Of a stretch of DNA of 64,000 bases, positions 1 through 10,109 are shown piece by piece. Source of the DNA: Bryobacterales bacterium (GTDB lineage Bacteria > Acidobacteriota > Terriglobia > Bryobacterales > UBA6623); NCBI GenBank assembly GCA_965248305.1, contig OZ252099.1:4785981-4849980 (forward strand), in the 5' to 3' direction. Both the position numbers and the translations under genes were made by a program. Each line of letters starts with the position of its first letter. Within the stretch, counting starts at the first letter, position 1. The notes under the pieces were generated by a model. It saw nothing but the letters and a program-made list of their open reading frames with translations, did no database searches and was not told the DNA's origin.

Positions 1-1
1 G

Positions 2-1396
2 CACGGACAGCTGCGATTCTTCCGCAATCAAGGCGGTACATTCGCCGACCATAGCGCCAGTGCCGGCCTCTCAGGCTTGTACGGCGGACTGAACATGATT
101 CAAGCCGACTACGACAACGACGGCGATTTGGACGTGTTCGTCATGCGGGGGGCGTGGCTGGAGGATGCCGGGCGGAGCTACCCCAACTCCCTGCTTAGCA
201 ACGACGGGGCCGGGCGCTTCACGGACGTGACCAAGGCGGTCGGTCTCGCCGAACGGCACTACCCGACTCAAGCCGCGGCGTGGGCGGATTACGACAACGA
301 CGGGGACATAGATCTCTTTGTAGGCAACGAGCACTTCCCGAGCCAGCTATTCCGCAATGAGGGCAATGGCTCGTTTGTCGACACCGCAGTCGAGGCTGGT
401 GTCACAAACGACGACTTTGCCAAGGCTGCAGTCTGGGGAGATTACGACAATGACGGCTTTCCGGATCTTTACGTCTCGAACTTCGACGGTCTCAACAGGC
501 TCTACCGGAACAACGGCGACGGAACATTTGAGGACGTTGCCTTCGGGCTCGGCGTGGAACTCCCGGCCAGGAGCTTTCCGGCATGGTTTTGGGACTTCGA
601 CAATGACGGGAACCTCGATCTATTCGTTTCGGGCTACGAATGGGACGTAAGGGATGTCGCCGCCGACCACCTAGGTCTCCCTGCCATGAGGACTGAGCTC
701 GATCGAATCTACCGTGGAAGCAGCGCAGGCAGATTCGAGGAGGTCGGGAAATTGGCAGGCCTGACCCGGATAACTCAGCCGATGGGCGCCAATTTCGGGG
801 ACATCGACAACGACGGCTACTTGGACTTCTACCTTGGAACCGGCTACCCGGCATACGAGGGGCTGATGCCGAACCTGCTGTTTCGCAACGAAGGCGGGCG
901 CCGGTTCGCCGACGTTACCACGTCCGCGGGAGTCGGGCACTTGCAGAAAGGACACGGCGTTGCCTTCCTAGACATCGATCACGATGGCGACCAGGACCTC
1001 TTCGTCGAGCTTGGCGGAGCGTACGCCGGCGACACCTACAGCAACGCAATGTTTGAGAACCCCGGCACTGACAACAGCTGGATCGTGGTGAAGCTGGAGG
1101 GAGTTGAATCCAACCGCTCGGCGATCGGGGCGAGGATCCGGGCGGACATCGAGGAAGGGGGCGCGAGCCGATCGATCTACAGATGGGTGAATAGCGGAGG
1201 CAGCTTCGGCGCGAACCCGCTCCGGCAGCATATCGGCCTCGGAAAAGCGTCTCGTATCGAGACACTGGAGATCCGATGGCCTGCCACTGGGGAAGCGCAG
1301 GAATTCCGCGAAATCGATGCAAGACAGTACATAGCCCTGAGAGAAGGTTCCGGAGAATACGAAGTGCTTGCATACCCTCGGGCATCCCAACCATAG
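2..1396 (+). CDS. FG-GAP/VCBS-repeat protein with ASPIC/UnbV-like C-terminus (CRTAC1 family); 5' end outside window
   Basis: The frame is open from nt 2 (GQLRFFRNQGGTFADH...). It has repeated DxDxDG Ca-binding-type blades (ADYDNDGDLDVFV, ADYDNDGDIDLFVGN, GDYDNDGFPDLYVSN, WDFDNDGNLDLFVSG, GDIDNDGYLDFYLG, LDIDHDGDQDLFVE). The tail is UnbV-like (NSWIVVKLEGVESNRSAIGARI...GGSFGANPLRQHIGLG). Confidence 0.85.
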   Translation, partial: HGQLRFFRNQGGTFADHSASAGLSGLYGGLNMIQADYDNDGDLDVFVMRGAWLEDAGRSYPNSLLSNDGAGRFTDVTKAVGLAERHYPTQAAAWADYDNDGDIDLFVGNEHFPSQLFRNEGNGSFVDTAVEAGVTNDDFAKAAVWGDYDNDGFPDLYVSNFDGLNRLYRNNGDGTFEDVAFGLGVELPARSFPAWFWDFDNDGNLDLFVSGYEWDVRDVAADHLGLPAMRTELDRIYRGSSAGRFEEVGKLAGLTRITQPMGANFGDIDNDGYLDFYLGTGYPAYEGLMPNLLFRNEGGRRFADVTTSAGVGHLQKGHGVAFLDIDHDGDQDLFVELGGAYAGDTYSNAMFENPGTDNSWIVVKLEGVESNRSAIGARIRADIEEGGASRSIYRWVNSGGSFGANPLRQHIGLGKASRIETLEIRWPATGEAQEFREIDARQYIALREGSGEYEVLAYPRASQP

Positions 1397-1812
1397 AGAA
1401 GCAGCCTGCAATCGAGTCAAAGTCGAGATACTGCGCATTCGGACTTGAATCACATCACAATCCCACCCCTACAAAGCGTTGCACGGTGAGACTTCGCGAT
1501 GCCGACTCGAGCCAACGACATGGTTACGGTCCAACGGGCTGGCCGTATGCACCGGCTTGAAGCCTTAGTCCTGGCACGGGAATCCGGCAGATGCCGGCGA
1601 AACCATTGGTGCGGTCTCTTGAGCGAGGTTTCGCCAGCAGCTATCCGATGAATTCAAAGGGTCTCGCGCGATACGGTGCTCGACCTCGTCTCTTATTTGG
1701 TGCTGCTCCACGCGGGCAGGTCTGGCCATTCGGTGCAGCCGCCAGGGTGCGACAGCAATGCTCAGGCATGCGAATCGTCGCAACGGCGACGCACAGGTAC
1801 CATCAGATAGAG

Positions 1813-2049
1813 ACGTCTTTGCCAACTGCTCAAGAAGCGCTGATTCGCGAGATGGCGGAAGCTATCGTCCAGGAGGTGGATCCTGAGCAGGCGATCCTCT
1901 TCGGCTCTCGTGCCCGCTCTGACGCGACGGCAGAGTCTGAAGTTGACCTCATCGTCGTGGAGGCCGAGCCCGTCGGAAACGGAAGAAGCGGGCTTGCCGA
2001 GGAGGCACGCCTGGACTCCCCCGACGCAAAAGGTAACTTTGGGGTGTAG
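1813..2049 (+). pseudogene. Truncated MNT-type nucleotidyltransferase (antitoxin-like) fragment
   Basis: EALIREMAEAIVQEVDPEQAILFGSRARSDATAESEVDLIVVEAEP matches the GSxAR-x-D...D-hD-hhV nucleotidyltransferase signature. Similarity is lost after about 65 aa, and there is no HEPN partner. Confidence 0.45.
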
Positions 2050-2294
2050 GGTTGCGCTGTGGCAAATCGGCAGCCGGTCTGCCCTGCGAAAGACTCACCG
2101 ATTCCGTCACCGGTATCGAATGGCGGATCGTGATCGCCCCATCGTCAACAAGCACTTCCTTGACGAGCGAGCGTAGCACCAGTTCTGGCGCTCGATGACG
2201 TCGAGTGACTCGTCATCCAGGGCAATTCAATTCTCGCTGGGAGGTTGTGAATAGGAAGGGCATGGTGAAAGGACTGGACAAACCAGTCCCGTTT

Positions 2295-2447
2295 GTGCGG
2301 GAAGTGCGGCTGCGTCCGGTGCGCGCGAGCGAGGTCCCACGCTGGAACGCCCTCATACGGGAACACCATTACTGGCGCCCGGCAGCGATCGTTGGCCAGT
2401 CCTGTCGGCGCCCAACTTTGGAGTTTTTTCGGCAGATGCAGTTGTAG
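2295..2447 (+). pseudogene. Possible DUF4338-like (DruA-like / Tn5-associated) N-terminal fragment, cut by IS insertion
   Basis: VREVRLRPVRASEVPRWNALIREHHYW resembles the motif I recall for DUF4338 proteins (..RP....E...W..L...HHYLG). The frame ends at the approximate IS1634 terminus. This is a memory-based call. Confidence 0.3.
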
Positions 2448-4505
2448 GTCATTGATTTCATTGAGTCGGATTTCCGCGAAACGGATTTGCGGTCACTACA
2501 CTTTGTGATCCTTGGCGATATCTCCTGACTGTTCCCTGAGCGCGTCCCAGTCCAGCGGAATCGTGCGCCGGTGACGCTGGAACGCGAGCCCGGCCGCCGC
2601 TGCGAGGCGCGCCTGCTCGTTGTTCGGGTCCACGTCCTGCCGCTGGCTCCAGGTCTGCCCCTCCGCCGTCCGCATCGTCGCCGTCAGGCGCACCCACGTC
2701 CGCATCCGCTCGCGGATCGAGTGCCAGCTGTAGGTCACGCCCGCGGCCCGCAGCCGGTAGCGCAGGGCGTGCACCAGGTGATAGGCCAGCACCGTAATGA
2801 ACAGGTGACCCGCCACGCGCTGGCCCAGGCTGTGGTGCAGCGGCCGCAACCCCAGCTCCTCTTTGAACGAGCGGAACGTCGCCTCGATGTCCGCCAGGCG
2901 GCAGTACTCCCGCACGATCCGCTCGTCGTCCCAGTCCGTCCGGCTGGTGCGCAGCAGGCTCGTGCCCTGCACCCGGTCCCGCTGCCCGTGACGCGGCCCC
3001 AGCTCCCACAGCACGGCCTTGGCACGGCCCTTCTCGCCGCGCTCCACACGCACCTTGTACTGGCTCGCCACCAGCTTGTGCGTCTGCTCCAAGCGACCCA
3101 ACTTGCGCAGCACCTTGTCGTACGCCTTCAGGTGGCCCTTGACACTGAGCCCCGTGTGCAGCGCCTGCAGGCACGCCTCGTAGCGCGCCCGCCGCCGCTG
3201 CAGGAATTCTTGCTCGTCCCGCTCCCGCTGCGGGCTCCACACGCACAGCCGGGCCTCCTCACCCGGATCCGGCTCCGGCCGCTCCTCCGCCGCCCCTGCC
3301 TCCAAGCCGGCCTCCGCTGTGCTGAGCCGCCAGATCTGCAGCTGATGCCCCCCGGCGCTCTGCCACAGCGTGTCCGCGGCACGCTCCGGGGCCGCCCGCC
3401 GCTGCCGCTCCACCGTGATCCAGTGCAGGCCCTGCTCGCGCAGCCAAGCCAGGTTCTCCGCGCGCACGATGCCGCCGTCGAAGACCACCGTCGGGCGCTC
3501 CCCGGCCAGCGCGCCCAGCCGCCGGACCGCTTCCTGCAGCGTGCCGGGCTCGCCGACGTTGCCCGCCAGCACTTCCGACCGCCGCGGAAAGCCCTGCCCG
3601 TCCAGCAGCAGGCCGAGCGTGACCAGCGGGCAGTCATGGCGCTTCTGCTTGGAGCGGCCGCGCGCCGCGTAGGGGTGCTTGGGCCGGCCGGTATGGAAGG
3701 TGTTGGTGAGGTCGTAGAAGATGATGCGGGGCTCGAGGCGGAACAGCTTGCGCTGGTGGGCGAAGAGGGTCGGCTCGATCTGGTCGCGGGCCTGCCAGAG
3801 GGCGTCGGAGGCGAGGTAGAGCGAGTTGGAGGAGAGGTCGGCGGGCCGCAGGCCGAGCAGTTCGGGCAGGGCGGAGTCGTGCTGCAGCCAGCGCAGGGTC
3901 TCGCGCTCGCTGGCCGGATGCAGGGCGCGGGCGAGGATCTGGGCGCAGCCGAGGCGGACGTGGCGCGGGCGCAGTCCGGCCTGCTGCAGGCACTCGCGCA
4001 GGCCCAGTTGGCCAGCGAGCAGGTCGAGCAGGCGGGCCGCGCCGGCCTCGCGCACGTCGGTCTGGCGCAGGCTGGAGGGCAGCAGCGCGAGCGCCTGCTC
4101 GCGGGGTGCAGGTGCGGGATCGTCGGCGATCTGGAAGCCGAGGTCGCAATCGCCGTCGCGCAGGCGGCGGCGGACGAGCGGGGCGACGGCGCTGGCCTCG
4201 GCGGCGATGCGCTCGGCGAGTTCGCGCTCGGCCGGATCGGGGTCGGGCAGCGGACGCTGGCCGGTCAGCTGGTCGCGGACGGCGGCGGCGAGGCGTTTCC
4301 AGTGGGGGCGGGGGACGCGCCGATCGAGGCCGGCGGGGAAATGGGCGAGGACGATCTGGCGAACCTTGGCACCGCAGCGCTGGGAGTGGACGAGGCGGTA
4401 GGCGGTGCCGCCGGCAGCGCCGTGGGGGCGGGTCTGGACGCGCCGGACGAACATAGCCCCATGCTAGCGGAAAAATCCAAGTATGTCAAACTAGGTAGTC
4501 AGCAC
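2441..4505 (-). mobile_element. IS1634-family insertion sequence (termini approximate)
   Basis: It carries a single 652-aa transposase. An imperfect inverted core lies near both ends: GGATTTCCGC (2468-2477) versus GCGGAAAAATCC (4467-4478). The downstream end sequence GGAAATCCGA recurs as GGAAATTCGA at 30221 in the decayed second copy. Confidence 0.7.
2496..4454 (-). CDS. IS1634-family (IS4-superfamily DDE) transposase
   Basis: 652 aa with N-terminus MFVRRVQTRPHG... The C-terminal block REYCRLADIEATFRSFKEELGLRP fits Y-x2-R-x3-E-x6-K. A paralogous C-terminal half is present at 29.05-30.15 kb. Confidence 0.85.
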   Translation of the reverse strand: MFVRRVQTRPHGAAGGTAYRLVHSQRCGAKVRQIVLAHFPAGLDRRVPRPHWKRLAAAVRDQLTGQRPLPDPDPAERELAERIAAEASAVAPLVRRRLRDGDCDLGFQIADDPAPAPREQALALLPSSLRQTDVREAGAARLLDLLAGQLGLRECLQQAGLRPRHVRLGCAQILARALHPASERETLRWLQHDSALPELLGLRPADLSSNSLYLASDALWQARDQIEPTLFAHQRKLFRLEPRIIFYDLTNTFHTGRPKHPYAARGRSKQKRHDCPLVTLGLLLDGQGFPRRSEVLAGNVGEPGTLQEAVRRLGALAGERPTVVFDGGIVRAENLAWLREQGLHWITVERQRRAAPERAADTLWQSAGGHQLQIWRLSTAEAGLEAGAAEERPEPDPGEEARLCVWSPQRERDEQEFLQRRRARYEACLQALHTGLSVKGHLKAYDKVLRKLGRLEQTHKLVASQYKVRVERGEKGRAKAVLWELGPRHGQRDRVQGTSLLRTSRTDWDDERIVREYCRLADIEATFRSFKEELGLRPLHHSLGQRVAGHLFITVLAYHLVHALRYRLRAAGVTYSWHSIRERMRTWVRLTATMRTAEGQTWSQRQDVDPNNEQARLAAAAGLAFQRHRRTIPLDWDALREQSGDIAKDHKV

Positions 4506-4741
4506 GTGGTCAGTACATTGAGCAGGATACGCCAAAAAACGGGAAAAGACGCAGAATCCAAGCCAGCAAGACGCTGTGCAGGCGATTGTTAGGGGAAAAT
4601 AGGCCGGTCCAAGGGCTTTCGGCAAGTGATTCTAGCTGAGAACCGGGCCAAAACTCCAAACTTGGGGGCGGCGGCCGCCATCGCCGTTGGGGTGATACTC
4701 ACCTTCGTCGTTTTCTGGTGAGCATCGCCTGACAAGCTAGA

Positions 4742-5758
4742 GTGATCTGGGTGGATACGCGGAAAATCACGGGAGTCTTCGGCGGAGGGGAATTCCGCTA
4801 CGAGGTTGACCCGGCATGGCCGCAGGTCCCCGAGGGCTGGAGCTTCCACGAGGTGGGCGGGGTCGCGACCGACTCGCACGACCGTGTGTACGTCTTCAAT
4901 CGTGGCGAGCACCCGGTGATGGTGTTTCAGGCCGACGGGACGTTCTTATTTTCCTGGGGCGAGGGGGAGTTTGTCCGTGCTCACGGGATCTGGATTGGGC
5001 CCGATGATGCAGTCTACTTGACCGATGATCTCGGTCACACCGTCAGGAAGTACACACCCACGGGTGAGCTACTTCTGATGCTCGGAACAAAGGGCTCGCC
5101 GAGTGATACGGGAGTTGAGCAGTTCGACTATCGCACCATCAAGCAGGCCGCCGGCCCATTCCACTACCCGACGAACCTCGCACTCAACTCGCAAGGGGAG
5201 ATTTACGTCTCCGACGGATACGGTAACGCGCGGGTCCACAAGTTCACGCCGGACGGACGACTACTGTTTTCCTGGGGCGAACTGGGCGATGGGCCCGGTC
5301 TGTTCCATCTGCCGCATGGGATCGCTGTGGACAGCATGGGGAGAGTCTTCGTGGCCGACCGTGAGAATGACCGGCTACAGGTCTTCTCGCCGAAGGGTGA
5401 GTTTCTGGCTGAGTGGACTACCGTCGTGCGGCCGTGCCAGGTGTTTATCGACGCTCGGGACAACGTCTTCGTCGCCGAATTGGGGCGCCGCGCGGGCCTG
5501 TTCCCGTGGATGAGGCCGGACCTGAGCGTCAGCGGTGGGCGTGTCAGCGTCTTCAACATCGATGGGGAGCTACAAGCTAGCTGGGGCGGCGGCGACCATC
5601 CTGCGGAGCCGGGCGACTTCTTCGCACCGCACGACGTCTGCGTGGATTCGCAGGGCAGTGTGTATGTTGGTGAAGTCACTTGGTCAGCAGGCGGCAACAA
5701 AGGCTTGGCCCCTCCGAATTGCCCAACCCTGCAGAAGTTCATTAGGAAGAGCGACTGA
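4742..5758 (+). CDS. NHL-repeat six-bladed beta-propeller protein (peptidyl-alpha-hydroxyglycine lyase-like)
   Basis: Repeated blades of the type DRVYVFNRG..., AVYLTDDLGHTVRKYTPTGELL, EIYVSDGYGNARVHKFTPDGRLL, RVFVADRENDRLQVFSPKGEFL and SVYVGEV. GTG start. Confidence 0.8.
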   Translation: MIWVDTRKITGVFGGGEFRYEVDPAWPQVPEGWSFHEVGGVATDSHDRVYVFNRGEHPVMVFQADGTFLFSWGEGEFVRAHGIWIGPDDAVYLTDDLGHTVRKYTPTGELLLMLGTKGSPSDTGVEQFDYRTIKQAAGPFHYPTNLALNSQGEIYVSDGYGNARVHKFTPDGRLLFSWGELGDGPGLFHLPHGIAVDSMGRVFVADRENDRLQVFSPKGEFLAEWTTVVRPCQVFIDARDNVFVAELGRRAGLFPWMRPDLSVSGGRVSVFNIDGELQASWGGGDHPAEPGDFFAPHDVCVDSQGSVYVGEVTWSAGGNKGLAPPNCPTLQKFIRKSD

Positions 5759-6106
5759 GAGCATTTGCCTTTCGGGCCGATTACGCGCGACGGAAGGCTC
5801 GGCCCACTAGCTCCCCTTTGGACACAATGCAGGATTGCGGGTCTAAGCGCGCCATCCACAAGGACTATTACTTAGCCGGTGGCCCGCTTTGTGGTGTGAG
5901 ATCATCACGCAACTTCACGGGCGCGAATTTTGTGGACAAGAAACACGTAAGCTCTTATGCTTGAGAAGTTCCGGAGAGAGGGATTGTCGCCACCGCGTCG
6001 AATTCTCTCTCCCCAGTGCCGCAGGTGGCGCAAGCCACCGCTGCGGCAGGTCGCAAATCCCCCCCGCCCAGCGGGTGGAGGCCGCTTGGGGCCGGGTGAT
6101 ACGGGA

Positions 6107-8641
6107 ATGAGCATTAGGCGCTTGATTCTGCTTCTTGTCGTGGTGGCCAGTTCAGCAGTCGCCACCACCTTCGAAGACACTGTCCAGCCGATTCTCGAAT
6201 CCAACTGCCTGCCTTGTCACGATCACTCCGCCCGCAGCAGCGGCTTCTCGGTCAAGGACGCTGAAAGCGTGATCGGCGGCGGGGCACGCTACGGCACGGC
6301 CGTCCGCGCACGGAATACGGCAGGCAGTGTTCTCATCAAAGTCCTGCGGGGAGAAGTTAGCCCCCGGATGCCCCTCGGCAAGCCAGCGCTCGCGGAAGCC
6401 GACGTGGCCGCGATTGAAGCGTGGATCCGGCAGTTGGACCCGCGGACCGCGCCGGCACCTGACAGGACGCACTGGGCCTTTGACCAACCCCTCCGGGAGG
6501 AACCACCTGCGGCAGAGAACATTCAGTGGGCCCGGAACGGCATCGACGACTTCATCCTCGCCAAGCTGGAGGAGAACGGTCTGGCTCCGGCCCAAGAGGC
6601 CAGCCGCGAGACGTTGATCCGGCGAGTTTACTTTGACTTGATCGGCCTGCCTCCTCCTTGGGAGGAGGTCCAAGCCTTCGTCCGGGACACCGCCCCCGAT
6701 GCCTACGACAAGCTGGTGGACCGCCTGCTGGCGGATCCGCGGCACGGGGAGCGCTGGGCTCGGCATTGGCTCGATCTGGCCCGCTACGCCGATACCAGCG
6801 GATATGAAGGTGACCCGGAGAACTATCACACCTGGCGATACCGCGACTACGTGGTGGACGCCTTCAACGAAGATAAGCCGTACGACCAATTCATCAAAGA
6901 GCAGATTGCCGGCGATGAGTTTGTCCGATCGTTGTCAGCCAGTCCGCTTCGCGCACCCGAACCGGAGCACGTCGTTGCGCTCACCTTCCTTCGGTTAGCG
7001 CCGTTCACCGAACCACGCGGTGAGCGAAGCCGCCACGAACTGCTCGGTGAGATGACCGCGACTGTCAGTTCCGTGTTCCTAGGGCTAACGGCGGGCTGCG
7101 CCCAGTGCCACGACCACAAGTACGACCCCATCCCGATCAGGGATTTCTATCGCCTAAAGGCTTTCTTCGCCACCGTCTATATCGCGCCGGCGCGTTCCGG
7201 GGATATCTTTCAGATTGGCGGCCCGCAGCCGGCGGAGTTCTATCGGCCCGGCGAGAAGGAATGGGCGGACGAGGAACGCGAGAAGTATCAGAGCGAACTC
7301 AAGGGAGCAGAAGCGGAGTTCGAAGCATTCCAAGCGCCACTGCTCGAAAGGCTCAAAGCCGCGAAGAAGGAGAAATCCCAGGGGGGCGCGGAAGATAAAG
7401 CCGGCGAGGAGAAGGAACTGACCCTGGGCGATCTCGCAAAGGCCATCAAAGCAGAAGAGGCGGACCGATCCGGCTCCGGTCAGCCAAGACTCTTCTCGTC
7501 GGATGAGAGACGGCGGCACGCGTTGTTCCGGAGGCGCGTTCGAGTCCTCAAAGATCAGATCCTGCGCGTCGAGCCGTCGGCAATGTCGCTCCGCACGATG
7601 GATCCGCCGCCCTATGGTCCGAGTGTGCCCACCACCTACGTGCTGAACCGCGGTCAGTGGGACCAGCCCACCGAACCTGTCGAGCCTGGGTTTCTCAGTG
7701 CCGTTGCCGGGCATTCCCGGCCAGCCCAGCTGATCCAGGTGGACCGCTACCAGCGTCACCCCGGCCACGGCCGCCGGATGACACTGGCGAACTGGATTGC
7801 GAGTCCGGAGAACCCGCTCACGGCCCGGGTAATGGTGAACCGACTCTGGCAATACCGATTTGGGCGAGGCATCGTAGAAACCTCCAGCGACTTCGGTAAG
7901 AACGGCGCGCGGCCCACCCATGCAGAGCTGTTGGACTGGCTCGCCGTGAGCTTCGTGGATGAGCAGTGGAGCCTGAAAGCGTTGCATCGGCTTATGGTGA
8001 CCTCGAGCACTTACCGTCAAGCTTCGCGCCGGCGCAACGATCGAGCCGAGGCAACGGATCCGGGGAACCTGCTCCTGTGGCACTTCCCTCGCCTGCGCCT
8101 AGAAGGGGAGTTGATCCGAGACAGCGTCTTGGCCGTGAGCGGCCGCCTGAATCCGGCCCAAGGAGGCCCGCCCATCTTTCCGCCCCTGCCTGCCGGCCTA
8201 GAGAATGAGCTGGACAGCCAATACGAGAACAATTTTTGGGAAACGTCCGACGGCGAGGAAGCACGCAAGCGCAGCCTGTATGTCTTCCAGCGGCGTTCCC
8301 TGAGTCTGCCAATCCTGCAGACTCTTGATGCACCGGCGTTGGACGCTTCCTGCGAACGGCGTCGAACGTCCGTCACGCCGCTGCAGGCGTTGTCTCTCTA
8401 CGATGGTGATTTTGTGAATGAGGAAGCACGGTACCTTGCCGCGCGGCTGCAGGAGCGAGGCGGCGGCCAGCGAGCCAGCCAGATTCGCCACGCCTTTGAG
8501 CTCGCGCTCAGCCGCAGCCCTTCCGCAGACGAGACCGCGCAGGTGATGGAGTTCCTGGCCAAGGCCGCATCGGAAGAAGAAGGGCTAGTCGGTTTGTGCC
8601 GGGTACTGCTCAATAGCAACGAGTTCGTCTATGTCAACTAG
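6107..8641 (+). CDS. PSCyt (CxxCH) / DUF1549 / DUF1553 (PSD) family protein, copy 1
   Basis: Signal peptide MSIRRLILLLVVVASSAVA, then heme-c motif CLPCH, then RRVYFDLIGLPP, HGERWARHWLDLARYADT, GCAQCHDHKYDP, and the DUF1553 block LTARVMVNRLWQYRFGRGIVETSSDFG. The ATG at 6107 is chosen inside the longer ORF that starts at 5957. Confidence 0.9.
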   Translation: MSIRRLILLLVVVASSAVATTFEDTVQPILESNCLPCHDHSARSSGFSVKDAESVIGGGARYGTAVRARNTAGSVLIKVLRGEVSPRMPLGKPALAEADVAAIEAWIRQLDPRTAPAPDRTHWAFDQPLREEPPAAENIQWARNGIDDFILAKLEENGLAPAQEASRETLIRRVYFDLIGLPPPWEEVQAFVRDTAPDAYDKLVDRLLADPRHGERWARHWLDLARYADTSGYEGDPENYHTWRYRDYVVDAFNEDKPYDQFIKEQIAGDEFVRSLSASPLRAPEPEHVVALTFLRLAPFTEPRGERSRHELLGEMTATVSSVFLGLTAGCAQCHDHKYDPIPIRDFYRLKAFFATVYIAPARSGDIFQIGGPQPAEFYRPGEKEWADEEREKYQSELKGAEAEFEAFQAPLLERLKAAKKEKSQGGAEDKAGEEKELTLGDLAKAIKAEEADRSGSGQPRLFSSDERRRHALFRRRVRVLKDQILRVEPSAMSLRTMDPPPYGPSVPTTYVLNRGQWDQPTEPVEPGFLSAVAGHSRPAQLIQVDRYQRHPGHGRRMTLANWIASPENPLTARVMVNRLWQYRFGRGIVETSSDFGKNGARPTHAELLDWLAVSFVDEQWSLKALHRLMVTSSTYRQASRRRNDRAEATDPGNLLLWHFPRLRLEGELIRDSVLAVSGRLNPAQGGPPIFPPLPAGLENELDSQYENNFWETSDGEEARKRSLYVFQRRSLSLPILQTLDAPALDASCERRRTSVTPLQALSLYDGDFVNEEARYLAARLQERGGGQRASQIRHAFELALSRSPSADETAQVMEFLAKAASEEEGLVGLCRVLLNSNEFVYVN

Positions 8642-10109
8642 GCCCAAAATGGCTCCCCCCAAGGGCTCCGTCCCCTGCTGGAGATCCCGTCGGGATTTCC
8701 TCTGCAGCGCCTGGAACGGCATCGGCAGCTTGGCCCTTGCCAACATTCTGGCCGACGAGCTAGGAGCTGGGCCGGCTGCACTGAACCCGCTCGCCCCCCG
8801 GGAGCCGCACCTGCGGAGTAAGGCAAAGCACTGCATCTTTCTCTTCATGGGCGGCGGCGTGAGTCACATCGAGTCCTTTGACTACAAACCCGCTCTTCAG
8901 AAGTACGCGGGTGACCGCCTTCCTCGTCCCGAGGGTCTGTCCGGCGAAGTGGCGACCGCGCTCGATGCGCCCCACACCGCAATGCCGTCGCTCTGGGACT
9001 TCAAGCAATATGGCGAATCTGGCCGCCATGTGTGCTCGCTCTTCCCGCACCTCGCCCAGCACGTCGATGAGATGGCGTTTGCCTACGGTATCCGGCTTGA
9101 CAACAACAATCACGGTCCGGCGACGCTGCACCTGAACACAGGTTCTCAATTCCCCGGGAGCCCCTCGGTAGGCTCTTGGATTGGCTATGGACTGGGCACC
9201 CCCAACCAGAACCTGCCTGGCTATGTGGTGATTCAGGATCCAAGAGGCGGGCCCGTCAACGGTTCGGCGGTTTGGGGCAACGGGTATCTTCCCGCCAGCT
9301 ACCAAGGGGTCCGATTCCGCTCCTCTGGCCCCTCTATTCTCGATCTAGAGCGGCCAGCCGACCTCTCCCGCGAGCAACAGCGCAGGGAGTTCGACCTGCT
9401 GAAGTGGCTCAACACCAAGCATGGCGAGCAGCAACCGGGTGCCTCCGAGCTCGAGGCCCGCATCAACGCCTATGAGTTGGCGTTTCGGATGCAGACGGCA
9501 GCCCCAGAGGTGGTGGACCTCGGCAGGGAATCAGAGGCGACTAAGAAGCTGTATGGCCTCGACAATCCTGACACCGCCGCGTTCGGGCGGCAATGTTTGC
9601 TGGCGAGGCGGTTGGTGGAACAAGGGGTCCGCTATACGCTCTTGATCCACGGCGAGAGGATCGGTCGATCCAGTTGGGACCACCATACGGACGTCAAGGG
9701 CCGCATGCCCCAAAATGCGGTGGAAGTCGACAAGCCGGTGTCAGCCCTACTCACGGATCTGAAGATCCGCGGCCTGCTCGAGGAGACACTCGTCGTTTGG
9801 GCCTCTGAGATGGGCCGCACACCGTACGTTCAGCAAAACGACGCTCCGGACCCCAAACCGGGCCGCGACCATAATCAGAACGCGCTCGTGATGTGGATGG
9901 CCGGAGGGGATGTGAAGGGCGGATCGTCGGTCGGTGCCACGGATGAATTCGGCATCGGCGGGATCAATCCTATTCCGCTCCACGACGTTCACGCCACGAT
10001 CCTGAATCTTCTCGGCTTGGACGATAAGCGGCTGACCTACCTGCATCAGGGCCGATACCGCAAGCTGACAGATATCGGTGGGCACGTACTGAGGGAGCTC
10101 GTCGCGTGA
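8631..10109 (+). CDS. DUF1501 (sulfatase-fold) protein with twin-arginine signal, copy 1
   Basis: RSRRDFLCSAWNGIGSLALA TAT-like leader, followed by IFLFMGGGVSHIESFDYKP...GRDHNQNALVMWMAGGDVKGG. Overlaps the upstream stop by 11 nt. Confidence 0.9.
   Translation: MSTRPKMAPPKGSVPCWRSRRDFLCSAWNGIGSLALANILADELGAGPAALNPLAPREPHLRSKAKHCIFLFMGGGVSHIESFDYKPALQKYAGDRLPRPEGLSGEVATALDAPHTAMPSLWDFKQYGESGRHVCSLFPHLAQHVDEMAFAYGIRLDNNNHGPATLHLNTGSQFPGSPSVGSWIGYGLGTPNQNLPGYVVIQDPRGGPVNGSAVWGNGYLPASYQGVRFRSSGPSILDLERPADLSREQQRREFDLLKWLNTKHGEQQPGASELEARINAYELAFRMQTAAPEVVDLGRESEATKKLYGLDNPDTAAFGRQCLLARRLVEQGVRYTLLIHGERIGRSSWDHHTDVKGRMPQNAVEVDKPVSALLTDLKIRGLLEETLVVWASEMGRTPYVQQNDAPDPKPGRDHNQNALVMWMAGGDVKGGSSVGATDEFGIGGINPIPLHDVHATILNLLGLDDKRLTYLHQGRYRKLTDIGGHVLRELVA

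Noticed and set aside
1949-2179. Minus-strand ORF starting LRSLVKEVLVDDGAITIRHSIPV, resembling the extreme C-terminus of serine recombinases
   Set aside because: The similarity covers only ~25 residues, and the remainder is Arg/Pro-rich junk. That is too weak for a feature call.
2571-4592. 673-aa plus-strand ORF covering the whole IS1634 transposase region
   Set aside because: It is antisense to a well-supported transposase. Its composition is Arg/Ala/Pro/Gly-rich low-complexity sequence, typical of spurious open frames in high-GC DNA, and it carries no recognisable motif.
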